Source: Glaucostegus cemiculus (lineage: Eukaryota). From it: a stretch of DNA of 64,000 nucleotides. A program made the position numbers and the translations under genes. Shown piece by piece: positions 50,328 through 63,311 of the stretch. The stretch lies in NCBI GenBank assembly GCA_976551045.1, contig CDPCPM010000021.1:1054001-1118000 (forward strand). The letters are read 5' to 3'. Numbering within the stretch: the stretch's first letter is position 1; every line of letters begins with the position of its first letter. The notes beneath the pieces are model-generated. The model was not told where the DNA came from, did not search any database, and was given only the letters and a program-made list of their open reading frames with translations.

Positions 50328-50750
50328 TGGATTGATTTCTGGAATGAAAAGGTTGCATTACAGGGAAAAGCTGAGCAGGTTAGAAGATTTAAAGGTGATT
50401 TCATTATAATGTTTGAGATTTTGAGAGGTCTTCACAAATAAATGTTGAGAGAATATTTCCTTTTATGAAGGAATTAGAACTAGGGCCTTAGAGCAAGTGC
50501 TTGCTCATTTAAGATGGAGATAAATGAGGGCATGTTTTTCCAAGAAGTCACTAATCTTTGAAATTCTCTGTCCCAGAGAGTTGAATTGAGGCTGAATCAT
50601 TTGAATATATTCAATGCTAAGATAGATTTTTGACCAAAAGGATAGTCGAGGGTTACGGGGAAAACAGGTCAGAAGCCAGGACCAAGAGTAGATCAGCCAT
50701 GACTTTATTGAAGGTTTGAGGGGCTGCTTGATCTACTCCTGTTACTATTT
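50328..50750 (+). mobile_element. Degraded CR1 3' end
   Basis: CR1-type ORF2 terminus and 3' UTR (agatcagccatgactttattgaagg...ctactcctgttactatt). Confidence 0.8.
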
Positions 50751-51199
50751 TTTAATATATTTATATATTCTTTTATTCTCTCTTAGGTTTCAGAAGTTAG
50801 AATTTTCATTTTAATCTTAGCTTGAGGATGGTGTCTGTTTACAACACACCTCCTATTCACTAGTGACCAAGGATGTGTGGAGGAATCTACAGAAAAAGAG
50901 GTTGCCATAAATATTTTCACAAACATTGTTCAACTTCTATTGTTTCTCCAAGAGAGAATTAAGGCCTATGCACATTCTCATTGAACAATCTTAAAAGTCT
51001 TTAATTCCCATTTCCATTCATAGACTTACACTGTTTAGACACTATATAGGAGAGTAATGTGATGTCCTGTTATCCTGAAATGGTGAGATTCATTTTTGTT
51101 CACTAGTATTTGACATTTCCAAGAGCCAGACTTCCTCAACTCCACCCATTTTAATGGGAATCAGCTGTGCAGGAGTCAAGTATAACCAGAGGCCTTAAA

Positions 51200-51302
51200 T
51201 ATTAACTTATTTTTCTCTCTCCAGAGATGCTGCCTAACCTACTGAGCATCCCCTGTATTTTCTGGTTCTATTTCAGATTTCCAGCAGCTGCAGTATTTTG
51301 CC
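51200..51302 (-). repeat. Hairpin-type repeat half copy
   Basis: ctctccagagatgctgcctaacctactgagcat...ttcagatttccagcagctgcagtattttgc. Confidence 0.7.
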
Positions 51303-51472
51303 TTTATATAACCCACAGCCAAAACTCCAGCATGCCTGAAAACAAGACAAACATCTCCTCGGTATTATCACTTCCCAAACTGCCCATAATGTCTTAACCC
51401 AAGAGACAATGTACCTTGGTTCAAAAAGTCCAGCTAATAGGTCAAGTGCATTGACATTTGATTAAAATATTA

Positions 51473-51670
<198 letters not shown>

Positions 51671-54520
51671 TTATAATTTATTATGGCAATTTTATTCCGA
51701 GGAATAATTTTTATATTCCCTGCTTCAACTTAAGATGTGATCACATCGATAATAAAATGCGGTTTAACTTCTAAGCCAGGAGATAAGTGCTTGCTTGTGA
51801 GCTTTGTGGTTTAACAATGGAAAACAGATTAATAAAGGATACAGACCAAAGCCATCCCATGTAATGTGATGGTTTCCCACAACCCTTATTTAATCCAAGC
51901 AATCAACAACAAATATGCAGTAAAGGAGAAGCTCACTAGGAAATGGTGTTCTCTAAAAATTCCGAAGTATCCTCTAATTTATTTTCAGTTTGGACCTTTG
52001 ATCTTAACTGGGAAGTATTTTGTAGTGTTCAGGTAGATGACGACTCAAAGTGCACAGTGAGATGGCATCACGTGGGACCTATCCAGGAGCTTCTTTAACT
52101 CCCTAAGCTGTGCTGTAGGTCCTTACAGACTTGTCCGCTTGCCAGCAGCTCTTTCAGGTGCACTTAATATTTGCAGCAGTAGCAAATTTGTCTGTGAGGC
52201 AAGTCCATATCTGCCACTCACTCAGAGCCGACTATATTAAATTTTTATATTTATTGACAATTCATTACCATAATTGACTGCAGTATGTTCAGTGGTGAAT
52301 GGAACATTGCTGCCTCTTAAGCAAGTGAGCCAGTCCCTGGAGCAGGATTTGCAATTAAAAACAAGGCAGACTGGAATTTTTTATTGAGTAAATATGATGA
52401 GTAGAATCTTTAGTTTTAACTGCAAGCCTGGAGAATTTTCGATGGAGACCAGCTCTTTTTCCTACAATGGATCAGTATAAATAATTATGTCAGTGAAACT
52501 ATCACCCAAAGGCGTCAATCAAATTATATCAATTTAATTGTGCTGAAAAGTATGTTAATGATGCTACCTGAGTGCATCAGGCAGAGTGGGCTTAGTGCTT
52601 GAATCAGTTACAAGTAATTGAATGTGACCTCTTGTGGCGTCACTCACTCTTAAGCAGGTTTACGATTTGGATGTAGTAAATGTGAACCAATGCAACAAGG
52701 ATGCTCAGTATCCATGTTTGATAGAATCTATCAGGAGGAATCTCACTTTTCATTTAGGCAATGCTCAAAGTGCTGTTCTCAAGCACTGGTCGAAGTAATC
52801 GTAACTGCAGGTTCTGACATTCGACTGCTTTAAGGGACTCGCACAGAAACAAGAATCTTAGTAATAGTTAAATTGATTAATGACTGTGAAGGTGTGTCGT
52901 GAAACTTACACTATATGGAGTGACTGAAGTGAAAAATCATAAATGGATCTTATAGGCAAGTTAGATTATTATGTGTTAATGGAGTTAAAAGATATATCGA
53001 ATGGATTGAAGTTAAGGTAGGAGGCAGCTCCTGTGTAGGATAACTTCTAGCACAGAACTGTTGTAGAATCATGTCTAGCACAGTACAGGAGAAAGCAATT
53101 TAGCTCATTTAACCCTCACCAGTTCTTTAATGGAGCAATCCAGTCAGGCACTTAATATATTATATCTCTGCCACTTACTATCTTTCAAGTATTTATCCAA
53201 GTTTCTTAGGGTATATAGTCCATGGTGCAGTAAAATGTGTGTATTCCATATATATTTCCTTGTTTGGTAAAGGATGGAAATGCAAAACAGTTTTGATGTA
53301 CCATATAAACAAATGAAACACTTCATGTGATACTATAATAGGAAGTATTTCAGTGCCAGAAAACTCATTTCACACGATGGACATAACCAGTATAGACTAT
53401 ACTGACAATGAGTTCTCAGGCACTCTTCTGGATTGTGAGGTGGGTTGGGGCAAAGAAGCAAAAGAAATTATTCCAACTCAGTCACACATGGCCTTTCAGT
53501 GTTAGTTGTGGCCTAAGAACATTTCTCCTGCCTATCCTCTTACCAGTTCCTACGTGGCCTAGAGAAGTCCAAAGGATAGTAAAGAATAAACGTGCTTGAA
53601 ATGTGAGAAGAGAGAAATTTCATTCAGCAAAAATTAAATATGGAATATGCCAGGCAGTGGTTTGTGTTATTATTGATTGGAGAAGGATAGTGTTTGGTCC
53701 ATCTGTGAAAAGGAGCTTCATTCTGAATCAGTGTTTACCAGCAATCTACTGATATGCCCATGAGTAATTTTAATATAGGACATAAAAGAATTCAGATGTC
53801 CAGGACTCAGTGTCCTCTGATACATTCTTGATGTGAGAAGCAAGCAGGTTGGAGGGTAGCTGTGATCTCAGGCAATCGTGTGAAGTGGGTAATAGTGAGT
53901 GTTTTATGTCTATTGTCTTCAATCAGAAGAGATGCAAATAGGGGACTGGTTCAATATCACTCACCTCTCACACTGGAAAATTGAAATGATCCCCATTGTG
54001 TCCATGGGGCATTCAACTACGGAGGCATTAGAGTCTGTTCTCACTCAACACACACACAAACTGAGCTGCAGCAATGGGAACCAAGGCTGATCTCCCCAAC
54101 CCACCTTAGTCCCCAGCTGCTGAAGCTAATTACAACACCTGCTCTCCTGCTCTGGCTGGGATCAAAAAGAGTAATATAGACCCAGGTATCGCAAGTGGGC
54201 CTGTAGGGTTCATGCTGTAAACTCACAATCCTCGTGGCTTCCAAATTCCCCATTACATTCAATCTTGAACCAAACAAATTAATGGGACTGACCATGGAAA
54301 TGCAGTTACTTATAATTTCAATTTAGAGTCAACATACAATTCAGTTACAATTTCAAAAATACAAAACTCGGTAGATCTGAAAAACCCACTAACGTACTTA
54401 GTTTCATCAACCCCTCAGCACCAAAATGTTCTGCAATCAGGGAACTGCTAATACTTGCAATTCTCCTCACCCATGAATGATCGTCTAACGTGTACTGAGC
54501 ACAGCAAGAGAATTTGTCAA

Positions 54521-54855
54521 AAGGGTGGCACAGTGGCATCACAAGTAGAGTTGCTGCCTCACAGTGCCAGAGGTCTGTCTGGGATCAATTCTGACCTCAA
54601 ATACTGCCTGCATGGTGTTTGCAAATTCTCCCTATGGCCACATGTGTTACCTCCGGGTTCTTCAGTTTCCTCCCACTTCCCAAAGACATGCAAGTTAGGA
54701 GGTGTGTGGGCAAGTGTAAGAATCTGGTGGGGGGTGGGGTGGGGGGGTGGAGCAAAGAAAAGGGGATTCATGAAGGAAGGATGAAAAGGGTGGAAGGGTG
54801 GTTAACTACTATGGTGGACGAGGAGCTGTTTCTGTGCTGTACCTCTGTGATTCTA
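54521..54855 (+). mobile_element. Near full-length HE1/V-SINE-like element with CR1-type tail
   Basis: gggtggcacagtggc head, V-domain tttgcaaattctccc...cctccgggttcttcagtttcctcccac, tail ctgtttctgtgctgtacctctgtgattcta. Confidence 0.85.
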
Positions 54856-57800
54856 ACTGTGATGGGGTGACTACCCTTGCCACAAGGCAAGTACAAACTT
54901 ATTTTCTCCAGATTGGCCAATGTCGACTTGCAAGATATAAATGTTGTCAAGGTAGCAAATCAAAAATTTTGACAGCCTGTTAAGCCACGTCACCAAACTT
55001 AGCCAGTTGTCAATCCTGTTCGAGATCGGAGTATTTCTGACATTTCTAATTTAAAGCTATTTAATTTAAAAATATATAAATTGATCAGTATTTACCCCTC
55101 TCCCTCACAGGTATTCCTCTTGACAAATATACAGGCCTATTGTTCCGATATTAGGTCTAAACGCTGGTTATGTACAGCAAGTTTGCATTCCAGCACAAGA
55201 TTCAAAGAGGAGTATAAAGTTAATGATAAGAGCAGGATATCACCAACAAAGAGCAGCCTTGTAAATCATAATGTTTGGGATTTGCAATTTTGTGATCTTA
55301 CTGGTACTCCTGTTGAAAATACCAGAAATTTGGTGTTGAACTACTTGTATTTCCCCAGCAAGGATTCCAGCTTGTAGGAATAATAGGTCCATTTTAACCT
55401 ATACCTTCAGACTAAATTCAACATGTCCAGTGTTGTATGAATGCCATTTAAGTTGCTATTATTTTGAAACTACAATATACACTTATATAAAATTAGATAC
55501 CACATTAACATCAATTGGAATTACTTAGAACAATAGCAAAGGGAGAGTAATGCTATACGAACAAGTGCTTCCTAATAATCTAACTTTGTCAGGAGATGCT
55601 TGTTGAAGCCTGTCATTTTAATAGGGTGTAAAATAATGGAAGATAATGAACTGTTTGGCATCGAGCTTTTCCCCAATGGCAGAGCAATACCAGATGTTCA
55701 TTAATCAAAGTATGCAAATACCAGAGAAGTGCAACACTTGTAATCTGGCAGTCAAGAAAGCAGTTGCTGTTCCCCAGCATGAATGTAAATTGAGTACTAA
55801 TGTTTGGCAGAGGGAGGCTTACTCAGGGAAAACTAGGGGAAGAGTAGCAAGTTGGTACTATCTCAAAGGATCCTTTAGCTGCTAAGAAAACAGACTGGGA
55901 CAACTTTAAAGCTACACAATCTCTGCTTACCTGCCATATACACAGCAACAAAATTCAAATCTTAAAAAGGGTATGTGGGCATGAGTTTATACTTGGCATT
56001 TTTGATGTGCAATTATCAATCAGCCAGATTTTCCACCACCAAATTTCAAAAGGCCCTTATGCAAAAGGTTAATTGGCTATTTGATCCAAATTATTGATTT
56101 TGAGAAGGAAATACTTAGCTCAAGGAGAACAAATTTTAAATTCCCTTCTTTAGAATGACAGTGTTCACTATTTTGGATAATCATTGGGAAAGTCTAGAAA
56201 GGTGAACTAGATGTTTATTTTAATATTTAGTTGCCAATCACCTCACATTTGCAATTTTTGATAAGTACGATACCAGATCAGAACAGATGTACAATGAGCT
56301 GGAAACGATCTGAAATGTTTCCTTTATTTGCGAGGAGTGGTTTCTCTGATCTAAAGGAAAAGGAATGAGGGAATATTCTAGAGTGTTTCCAGATAAGATG
56401 AGTGGTCATATTAAAATCAGAAATTAAATTCCAGGGTCTGGAATTTTCCCAGACTACTACCAATGCTATCAAATGAGATGCTACAATGGCAGTTTTGAGA
56501 AAGGTTTTTTTTTTAGAGTAGTGAAGGCAGTTCCTTAAGTTATCAAGTTTACTAAACTAATTTCACTGTCTGATACCTGGTCCTTTAGCAGAGAAGTCCT
56601 TTGTGGACAAAGGCCAGTACTATAGGCCTAGACCTATTTGTCCAGAAGCCCATCATAGCTGAACTCAACCCCAGTCTCACCCATGAATCGTATTCATTCG
56701 AATCAAAGATTAATTTTGATAGTTCACTTGTAGCCATTCCATCAGTGAAGGTGTGAGCCAATTTGTGCATCACTTTGTCTGACTATGATCGCAAGTATTA
56801 GCTGTGGTGAAGGGTCAAAGCTCAGCGTGTGGTCTACATGGTTAAATAATGAATCAGCAATGAGTTAATTTAGTTTACCAAGCAATATGTCTCAAAATAT
56901 TTCTTAAAGAATGGAAACTGCCTGTTGCTTGGTGAATGAATCAAAAACTTCCCAAAATGCTCAACCACTGTTAACTCATTGATGTATGAAATAGAGAAGA
57001 TTAGCAGACATGTAAAGTGATTAAATGATACTGTGTGCTTTGTGCTCAAGCAGGAAAACTTCTCAAGATACATCAACTTAACTTTAAAGCTGTGTTGACC
57101 TATTTATTAGAATTTTTAAAAACCCCAAACAACTTAATCTATCTGCAAACAGTGAGTTTAAGCTATAGTCCTGCGATACCTTACAGAGAAGCATCAAAGC
57201 TCCTAAAATCCCTCAGGCTTTTGTGAAAAAGCATCAAAGCATTAGACCTTAATTATAAATAGCCTGCTGTTATGATACCAATCAAAACACTAATAACATT
57301 CTGCAGCAGACAATGCAACAAGACAAAAAATTGTTATTCCTTTTATTTAGCCTTTGGCTGCTTTTCTAATGTCACACACAATATATCAAACCTGGTGTTA
57401 TGTGGATACCAGCTAACAAACAAAAGCCTGTGGAAGAAATTGCGCTGGTGATGCAGAAAACCTCCTCAAGAACTATTGATTAAGTAACAAAAGGAACGTG
57501 CCACTCACGGCTAGTAATTTAAACTGCAGCTTTCTTTAATTATCTTAAAGAGTAGTGCGAGTGTCACACTTTGATAGCCTTTTTTTTAAATGCTCTGGAA
57601 ACACAGAAATGGCTTGTAGGTTTTTGATCAAAATAACCTGGGTAGGAGTGAGATCTGCTTATCAAAGAGGCTGACTTGAATGCTGTACCTTTCTTCAGCA
57701 CACATGGCAGAACTATAGAACAGTACTTGCATCTTTACATTTATATTATATGAAATGTCACATTCAGTCTCAATGGTATAAATACTCAAATCACACAATA

Positions 57801-58004
57801 CAAAGCTCCACTCCATGCCCCAAACATTTGATGAATGAGACCTCAGGACTGAAGACCCAAAGCACACAAACTATGAGTGATTGTAGGAGGAAGAAAGATT
57901 TGTATAAAACAGATGGAGTTGGGAAACCCATTTTGTAATAATTAATAATTCACATTTGCCACTCCTCAAATAATGAAGCAAATTATGTTTTGCATGCAGG
58001 TAGA

Positions 58005-58620
58005 CCTGAGCAACATTCAGGCATGGCTGGTAAGAGACAGTAACATTCCCGTCAAACAAAAGGCTGGCAATAACTATCTACAATGGAGAGAAGATCTAAT
58101 CTCCTATCTTTAACATTAAACCGCTAAATAGAACATAGATACCTACAGCACAATTCAGGCCCTTCGGCCCACAAAGCTGTGCCGAACATGTCCCCACACT
58201 ATTAGGCTTACCCATAGCCTTCTATCTTATTTACCTCCATGTACCTATCCAACAGTCTCTTGAAAGACCCTAACATATCCGCCTCCACCACCATCTCCGG
58301 CAGCCCATTCCACGCACTCATCACTCTCTGAGTAAAAAACTTACCCGCTAACATCTCCCCTATATCTTCCCCCCCAGCACCCCACCATCAATATCCTGGG
58401 GTTCACCATTGATCAGATTCTTGGCCAGATTAGCTGCAGAATCACTGTAGCTGCAAAAAGGTCGAATGTTCAATTGCAAGTGACTCTCCTCCCAACTCCC
58501 CAAAACCTTTTCATCATCTACTAAGCACAAGTCAGCAGCATGATAGAATACCCTGCCCCTGCCCAGATGCAAGCAGCTCCAACAACACTTTAGAAGCTCA
58601 ACATCCAGGATAAAACAGCC
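58005..58620 (+). mobile_element. Family-B LINE fragment split by a CR1 insertion
   Basis: gacctgagcaacattcaggcatggctg ... gctaaat|insert|ccccaccatcaatatcctggggttcaccattgatcaga, collinear with the other family-B copies. Confidence 0.7.
58128..58380 (-). mobile_element. Young 5'-truncated CR1 3' end
   Basis: Minus strand encodes FTQRVMSAWNGLP and ends gtgggccgaagggcctgaattgtgctgtaggtatctatgttctat. CpGs are retained. Confidence 0.9.
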
Positions 58621-58757
58621 CAAATTAATAATTTACTTATTATCTGTCTTTGCTGACCTCAACAGGCTCCTGGTCCTCAAACTAAAATTCTTTTGCATAA
58701 ATCTTACCTTTTCTTATCTCTATAACCTCTGCCAGCACTGCATTCCATAGAGAAATA

Positions 58758-58920
58758 AAGGACTGCAGATGCTGGAATCTAGCATATATAGTATATTCAA
58801 TATATACAATATATTCAGTCCTCCATAACGAGTCCTGAAGTAGGGTTCTGACCCAAAATGTTGACTGCCTGCTTTTCACCATGGATGCTGCTTGGCCTGC
58901 CAAGTTCCTCCAGCATTGTA
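58758..58920. repeat. Hairpin-type repeat (ray-like variant)
   Basis: ggactgcagatgctggaatctag ... tctgacccaaaatgttgactgcctgcttttcaccatggatgctgcttggcctgccaagttcctccagca. Confidence 0.75.
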
Positions 58921-58934
58921 CTGCATTCCATACC

Positions 58935-59130
58935 AAGGTTCCTTCACTCCCTCTCTGGCAGCTTTTGTGACCCACTGTTAGCTCATAGTTGCTCTTCAGT
59001 TGCCAAGGCTTCCTTCCCAAAACTCTTCCACCTCCCTTAGTGCTTAAAGCCTTCTTTAAAAACATTCTCTTTGACCAAAGTCAACAATCCTAACCCTTCT
59101 CCTCCTTTGTGAAATTCCTTTGAATGTGCC
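58935..59130 (+). mobile_element. L2-like LINE 3' end
   Basis: ctcttcagttgccaagg...ttccttcccaaaactcttccacctc...ttaaaaacattctctttgaccaaag (LKT.LF-type terminus). Confidence 0.55.
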
Positions 59131-60579
59131 TGTGCAAAGTACCTTCAGACACTTGCCTGTACTGAAGGCACAACACAAGTCAAAGCTACACTGACAAAAT
59201 GCTATAGAGCATTGATTTTACATGTCTGCATTAGTAAAAGTCACTTATGAACTGTAGGTAAATACAAGATCTTCCATTGCCATTTTATTTTAGGTCACAA
59301 TCAAGCTAGTGAAAATTCAGAGACATCACAAAGCATTACTAGTGATACTCTAGAGATTAATTTCAACCCAAGCAACTAGAATTCTGCCAAATAATGGCAT
59401 TATTTAAGCTTGGAGGGTTGGTGATGCCATACTGCAAGCTCTATCATGTGCAGACTGGAAACTACATGAATTCTGAATATGAAGCTAGCACAGTAAATTG
59501 GGGGGGGGGGGGGGGAGAAAGAAAGAGCATGTCTAAGAGAAAGCCACAATATGAGAGGAAGCAACAACAACAAAAGACAAACTGGGATAGGGTGGACAAT
59601 GTTTCTAAAGAGCACAGAATGTTCATTATTTAAAATGGGAAAAATAGCTGTGCCATACTAAATTAGTATAGGAAACCCATTCCCAATTTCGATCTCCTTA
59701 CCTGGTCATTCAACCTAAAACATTCAGAGTCCTGGAACTGTCTGACAGGCTGATTGTTGCCCCAGAGTCACAGAGGACCCTAGGTCAGTGGTGAATACTA
59801 CTGGCTCTCCAATCACCCTGGAGGTAGTTAAAACTGAAGTTACAACAATCCTTGCAGTGGAAACTCTGGGAACCACTGTAAGGAATTCTTCCTAGTGAGG
59901 AGTAACAAGCCCCACCCACAAAATATTTTGATTATTGATTTAAGCCATGCTTCTAACCTGGCGTGATTGCAGGAGGAGTAGGAGGGATGGAATGTGGAAG
60001 AAGTGAGGCAGCAAGAGAGCAAAGGGATGGAAAGAAATAAAGAAAGAAATCATAAGGCAGAGTGAAATAGAGCTCACATCAGCCTATGAAATGTGCTGAA
60101 TATATTGTATTACTGGAGTCAGGCAGCTTTAGTATTGCTCCCCAAGGACCAAACCTCACCTCTCTGAAGCTCGGCTGCAATAGTGGACAGTCAACAATTT
60201 GAATTAGATTTCATTTTGGATTTATTTTGTTTTTTTGAAGTCATTATATTGCACAGAAAGTTTATTGTGGTATTTGCTAGCAATTAATAGATATTGAAAA
60301 AGTCTATTTTGCGTTTTTTTATTTTATAAAATAATATTCATCTCATTATAAACACAAAAATCACTTTCTTTATTCAAGATAGATACTGAAATACTTGCGT
60401 AAAAGTAAATGGAATAACATTCAAGAATAATGGCAAGATTTTGTGACTGACAAGGTCACAGGAGCAATGCTGGGCACGCAAGCAGTGAGCGAGCGAAACC
60501 ACCCGATAAAATCTCAAAAAATACATTAAAAAAAGAGAGTTGGCAAAGAATTTACCCTTCCATCATTAAGGAAGGAAGA

Positions 60580-60820
60580 TTAGTATTTACAGCACCTTTC
60601 ACAATTTTAGGTTTTCCCAAAATGCTCTGCAACATAATCATACTGTAATGTTGAAGCTAATTTGTGCACAAATCTTCCACAAATAACAATTTGATAATGA
60701 TCAGGTAATTTGTTTTGTGATGTTGACAGAGGGATAAATATTGACTGGAGCATAGAAAATAGCTCTGCTTTGAAATTGTGCCATGGGATCTTGTGCATCC
60801 ACCTGAGAGATAGGGTTGGT
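60580..60820 (-). mobile_element. Deu-domain SINE (AmnSINE1/SacSINE1-like)
   Basis: Minus strand ctctcaggtggatgcacaagatcccatggcac...aatatttatccctc...gtgcacaaattagc matches the recalled Deu domain and tail. Confidence 0.75.
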
Positions 60821-61683
60821 CATCAGATAAATGGTTAATGCACTGGTGGATGTTGGTGACCGCCTGAGCCAATCAAGGGGATCATGAGAAGGATTACGAG
60901 GGGCATAATTGGTGACTGGGAGGGATAAAAGGTAAGTATGTGATTTAGTGAGGTCCTGGTCTGGCACTGGGCTGTGAAAACCTGATTGTTGGGTACTTCT
61001 GGGACAACGTTTGCTTCCAGGACAACTTGGTTTAATTTCCTCTGCAATCTACAAAAAAAAAGAGCTTTGCACAAGGAATGCTCTATGTCTGTTGCCTTTG
61101 TTGCCTTGAGTGAATGGGAGCCATTTGAAGAACTAGGTAGCCAGGTAACCTGGTTACCTCAGAGGACAGTCAGAAATCAATCTCAATGGGACTAGTGTCA
61201 CACATGGACTGGACTTCACTAGCATCCACTATTGAGACAGTTACGTTTTTATAACAAACCACCAATTTTTGTCATACATTAAAAACAAAATAAAACTGCT
61301 GCCAGTAAACAGTCTTTTTAAAATGGAATTAAAATTCTCATGGATGGGGCTATTGTGCTGACTTCTGGATTATCAACACTGTTACTTGAACACCAGCCTA
61401 CTGTTCCATCCCAAGCATGAGAGAGCTAAAATTAAATAGTTTAGTTATCCACAACAAATTATGGTTGCACAATGATGAATATTACTATGCTGGGAGGTAT
61501 TGATTTTAGTTTTCTTACCACTAAAACAAATATTGGCTGTATGTCATCTTTGGAACAAAGCAAAATTGAATCACTATACATTCCAATTGACTTTAAAGTC
61601 AAATATTTTAAAAGGGGTCAGAGAAAGGTAACTGGACCCCAAACCCCTTGCAATCATGTCAGTGTCTTGCATTCTGCACTCAC

Positions 61684-61803
61684 CTGTTGCCCGGTAACAA
61701 GGAGGATTGCACCTTCTTTCCAATGTGCCACTTGCCTGTAAATGTGATCCAAGATTAAAAGCTCACTCCAGCAGTTCTGAAGTAGTTTCATTTGGTCGTC
61801 AAC
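61684..61803 (-). CDS. nr5a2: NR5A2 (LRH-1) antepenultimate coding exon, ligand-binding domain (120 bp, 40 aa, phase 0/0)
   Basis: Translates [40 protein letters not shown], matching NR5A2 LBD helices 4-5 and the beta-sheet. Acceptor ...tgtttggcag|GTT, donor CAG|gtgagt. Confidence 0.97.
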
Positions 61804-62009
61804 CTGCCAAACACAAAAATACATTTGGTCTGTGCTCAATTCCCCAAAATTTACTGCTTTGATAGGTAAGTGCAAAAAGCAGCTGCAAGCCACCAGTTTC
61901 CATCAGTAATGAAACAGCACACACACAGACACAGTGATTCTAATGCAATTTCACTGCATTTACTTTAAAAGAAGCACTGGACTCGAAAACATTGCAAACT
62001 AGATTGATG

Positions 62010-63311
62010 ACAGAAGTTTGAAGAAGGCAGGGCAGTGTAAGTTGTCCATACGAACTTCAGTAAGGCACTTGACAAGGCCCCACATGGTAGTCTGATGCAG
62101 AGGTTAATGCACCCAGGATCCAAGGCAAGCTAGCTAATTGGATCCAAAACTGGCCTGGTGATAGGAAGCAGAGGGTAGTGATGGAAGGATACTTTCTTGA
62201 TTGGATGTCTGTAACCAGTGCTGTATCACAGGGATCAGTGCTGTTGATCATATACTTTAACTACTTGGATGTGAATGTAGGAGGTATGATTAGTAAGTTT
62301 GGGAATGACATGAAAGTTGGTGGTGTTGTGGATAGCCAGGATGGTTGTGTAAGGCTACAACAGGACAGACAAGATGGAAAACTGGGTAGAGCATTGGCAG
62401 AGGGAATTTAATCCCGATAAGTGTGAGGTAATTCATTTTGGGAAGTCAAATAGGGATAAGATATGTACAGTAAATGGAAGGGCACTAAGGGATGTTGATG
62501 AACAGAAGGACTTTGGGGTTCAGATCCATAGTTCCCTGAAAATGGAATCACAGGTAGATTGGATGGTAAGTACTGTGCCTATTGTCTGACATGGGAGTGC
62601 CAATGAAATCTCGTTGTTCTGTTGTCTCAACGGCTCAATGACAATAAAGCAATCTTGGATCTTGAAGGTGGCATACACTGTGCTTGCCATCATAGGTCAG
62701 AGCACAGAATATAAAAGCTGGGATGTTGCAACTTTACAAAACACTGGTTAGACCACACCTGGAGTACTATGTGCAGTTCTAATCACCACACTACACTACA
62801 CCACACCATAAGAAGGACGTGGTTGTGCTGGAGAGAGTGCAGAGGAGATTCACCAGGATCTCGGTTGGATTGGAGATCTTAGTTCATGGGAAAGATTAGA
62901 TTAGCTGGGTTTGGTTTTCCCTGGAGCAAAGGAGGCCGAAGAGTGACTTGTTATTAAATAAAATTAGAGGGACAAACAGGGTAAATAGTCAAAACCTTTT
63001 CTGTCTGGTAAGGGTATCAAAAACAAGAGAGCATAGGTTTCAGGTGAGAGGAAGGAGTTTTAAAAGGGGATTTGAGGAAAAAGGTTTTTTTTTATATACA
63101 GAGAGTGATTAATATCTGGAACACTCTGCCAGAGGTGGTGATGGACTCAGATACATCATTACCTTTAAGAGACATTTTGACAGGCACTTAAATAGGTACA
63201 GAAGGATACATATATAGTGCAGTTAAATGGGATTAGTGTATATGGGCAAGAAGGTTGGCATGAACATGGTGGGCCAAAGGGCCCTTTTCTGCACTGTACA
63301 ACTCTATGACT
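62010..63311 (+). mobile_element. CR1 LINE, RT core to 3' end, decayed and interrupted at 62571-62663
   Basis: FSKALDKAPH, SAVSQGSVL, WQREFNPDKCEVIHFG and LVRPHLEY motifs, ending gggccaaagggcccttttctgcactgtacaactctatgact. Confidence 0.92.
62571..62663 (+). mobile_element. Short LINE 3' tail inserted in CR1
   Basis: aaatctcgttgttc...aatgacaataaagcaatcttggatctt interrupts the CR1 sequence ggatggtaag|gaaggtggcatac. Confidence 0.6.

Noticed and set aside
61143-61159. Perfect palindrome aggtaacc-t-ggttacct
   Set aside because: 8-bp arms are expected by chance in a window of this size, and it does not fit a canonical receptor element.
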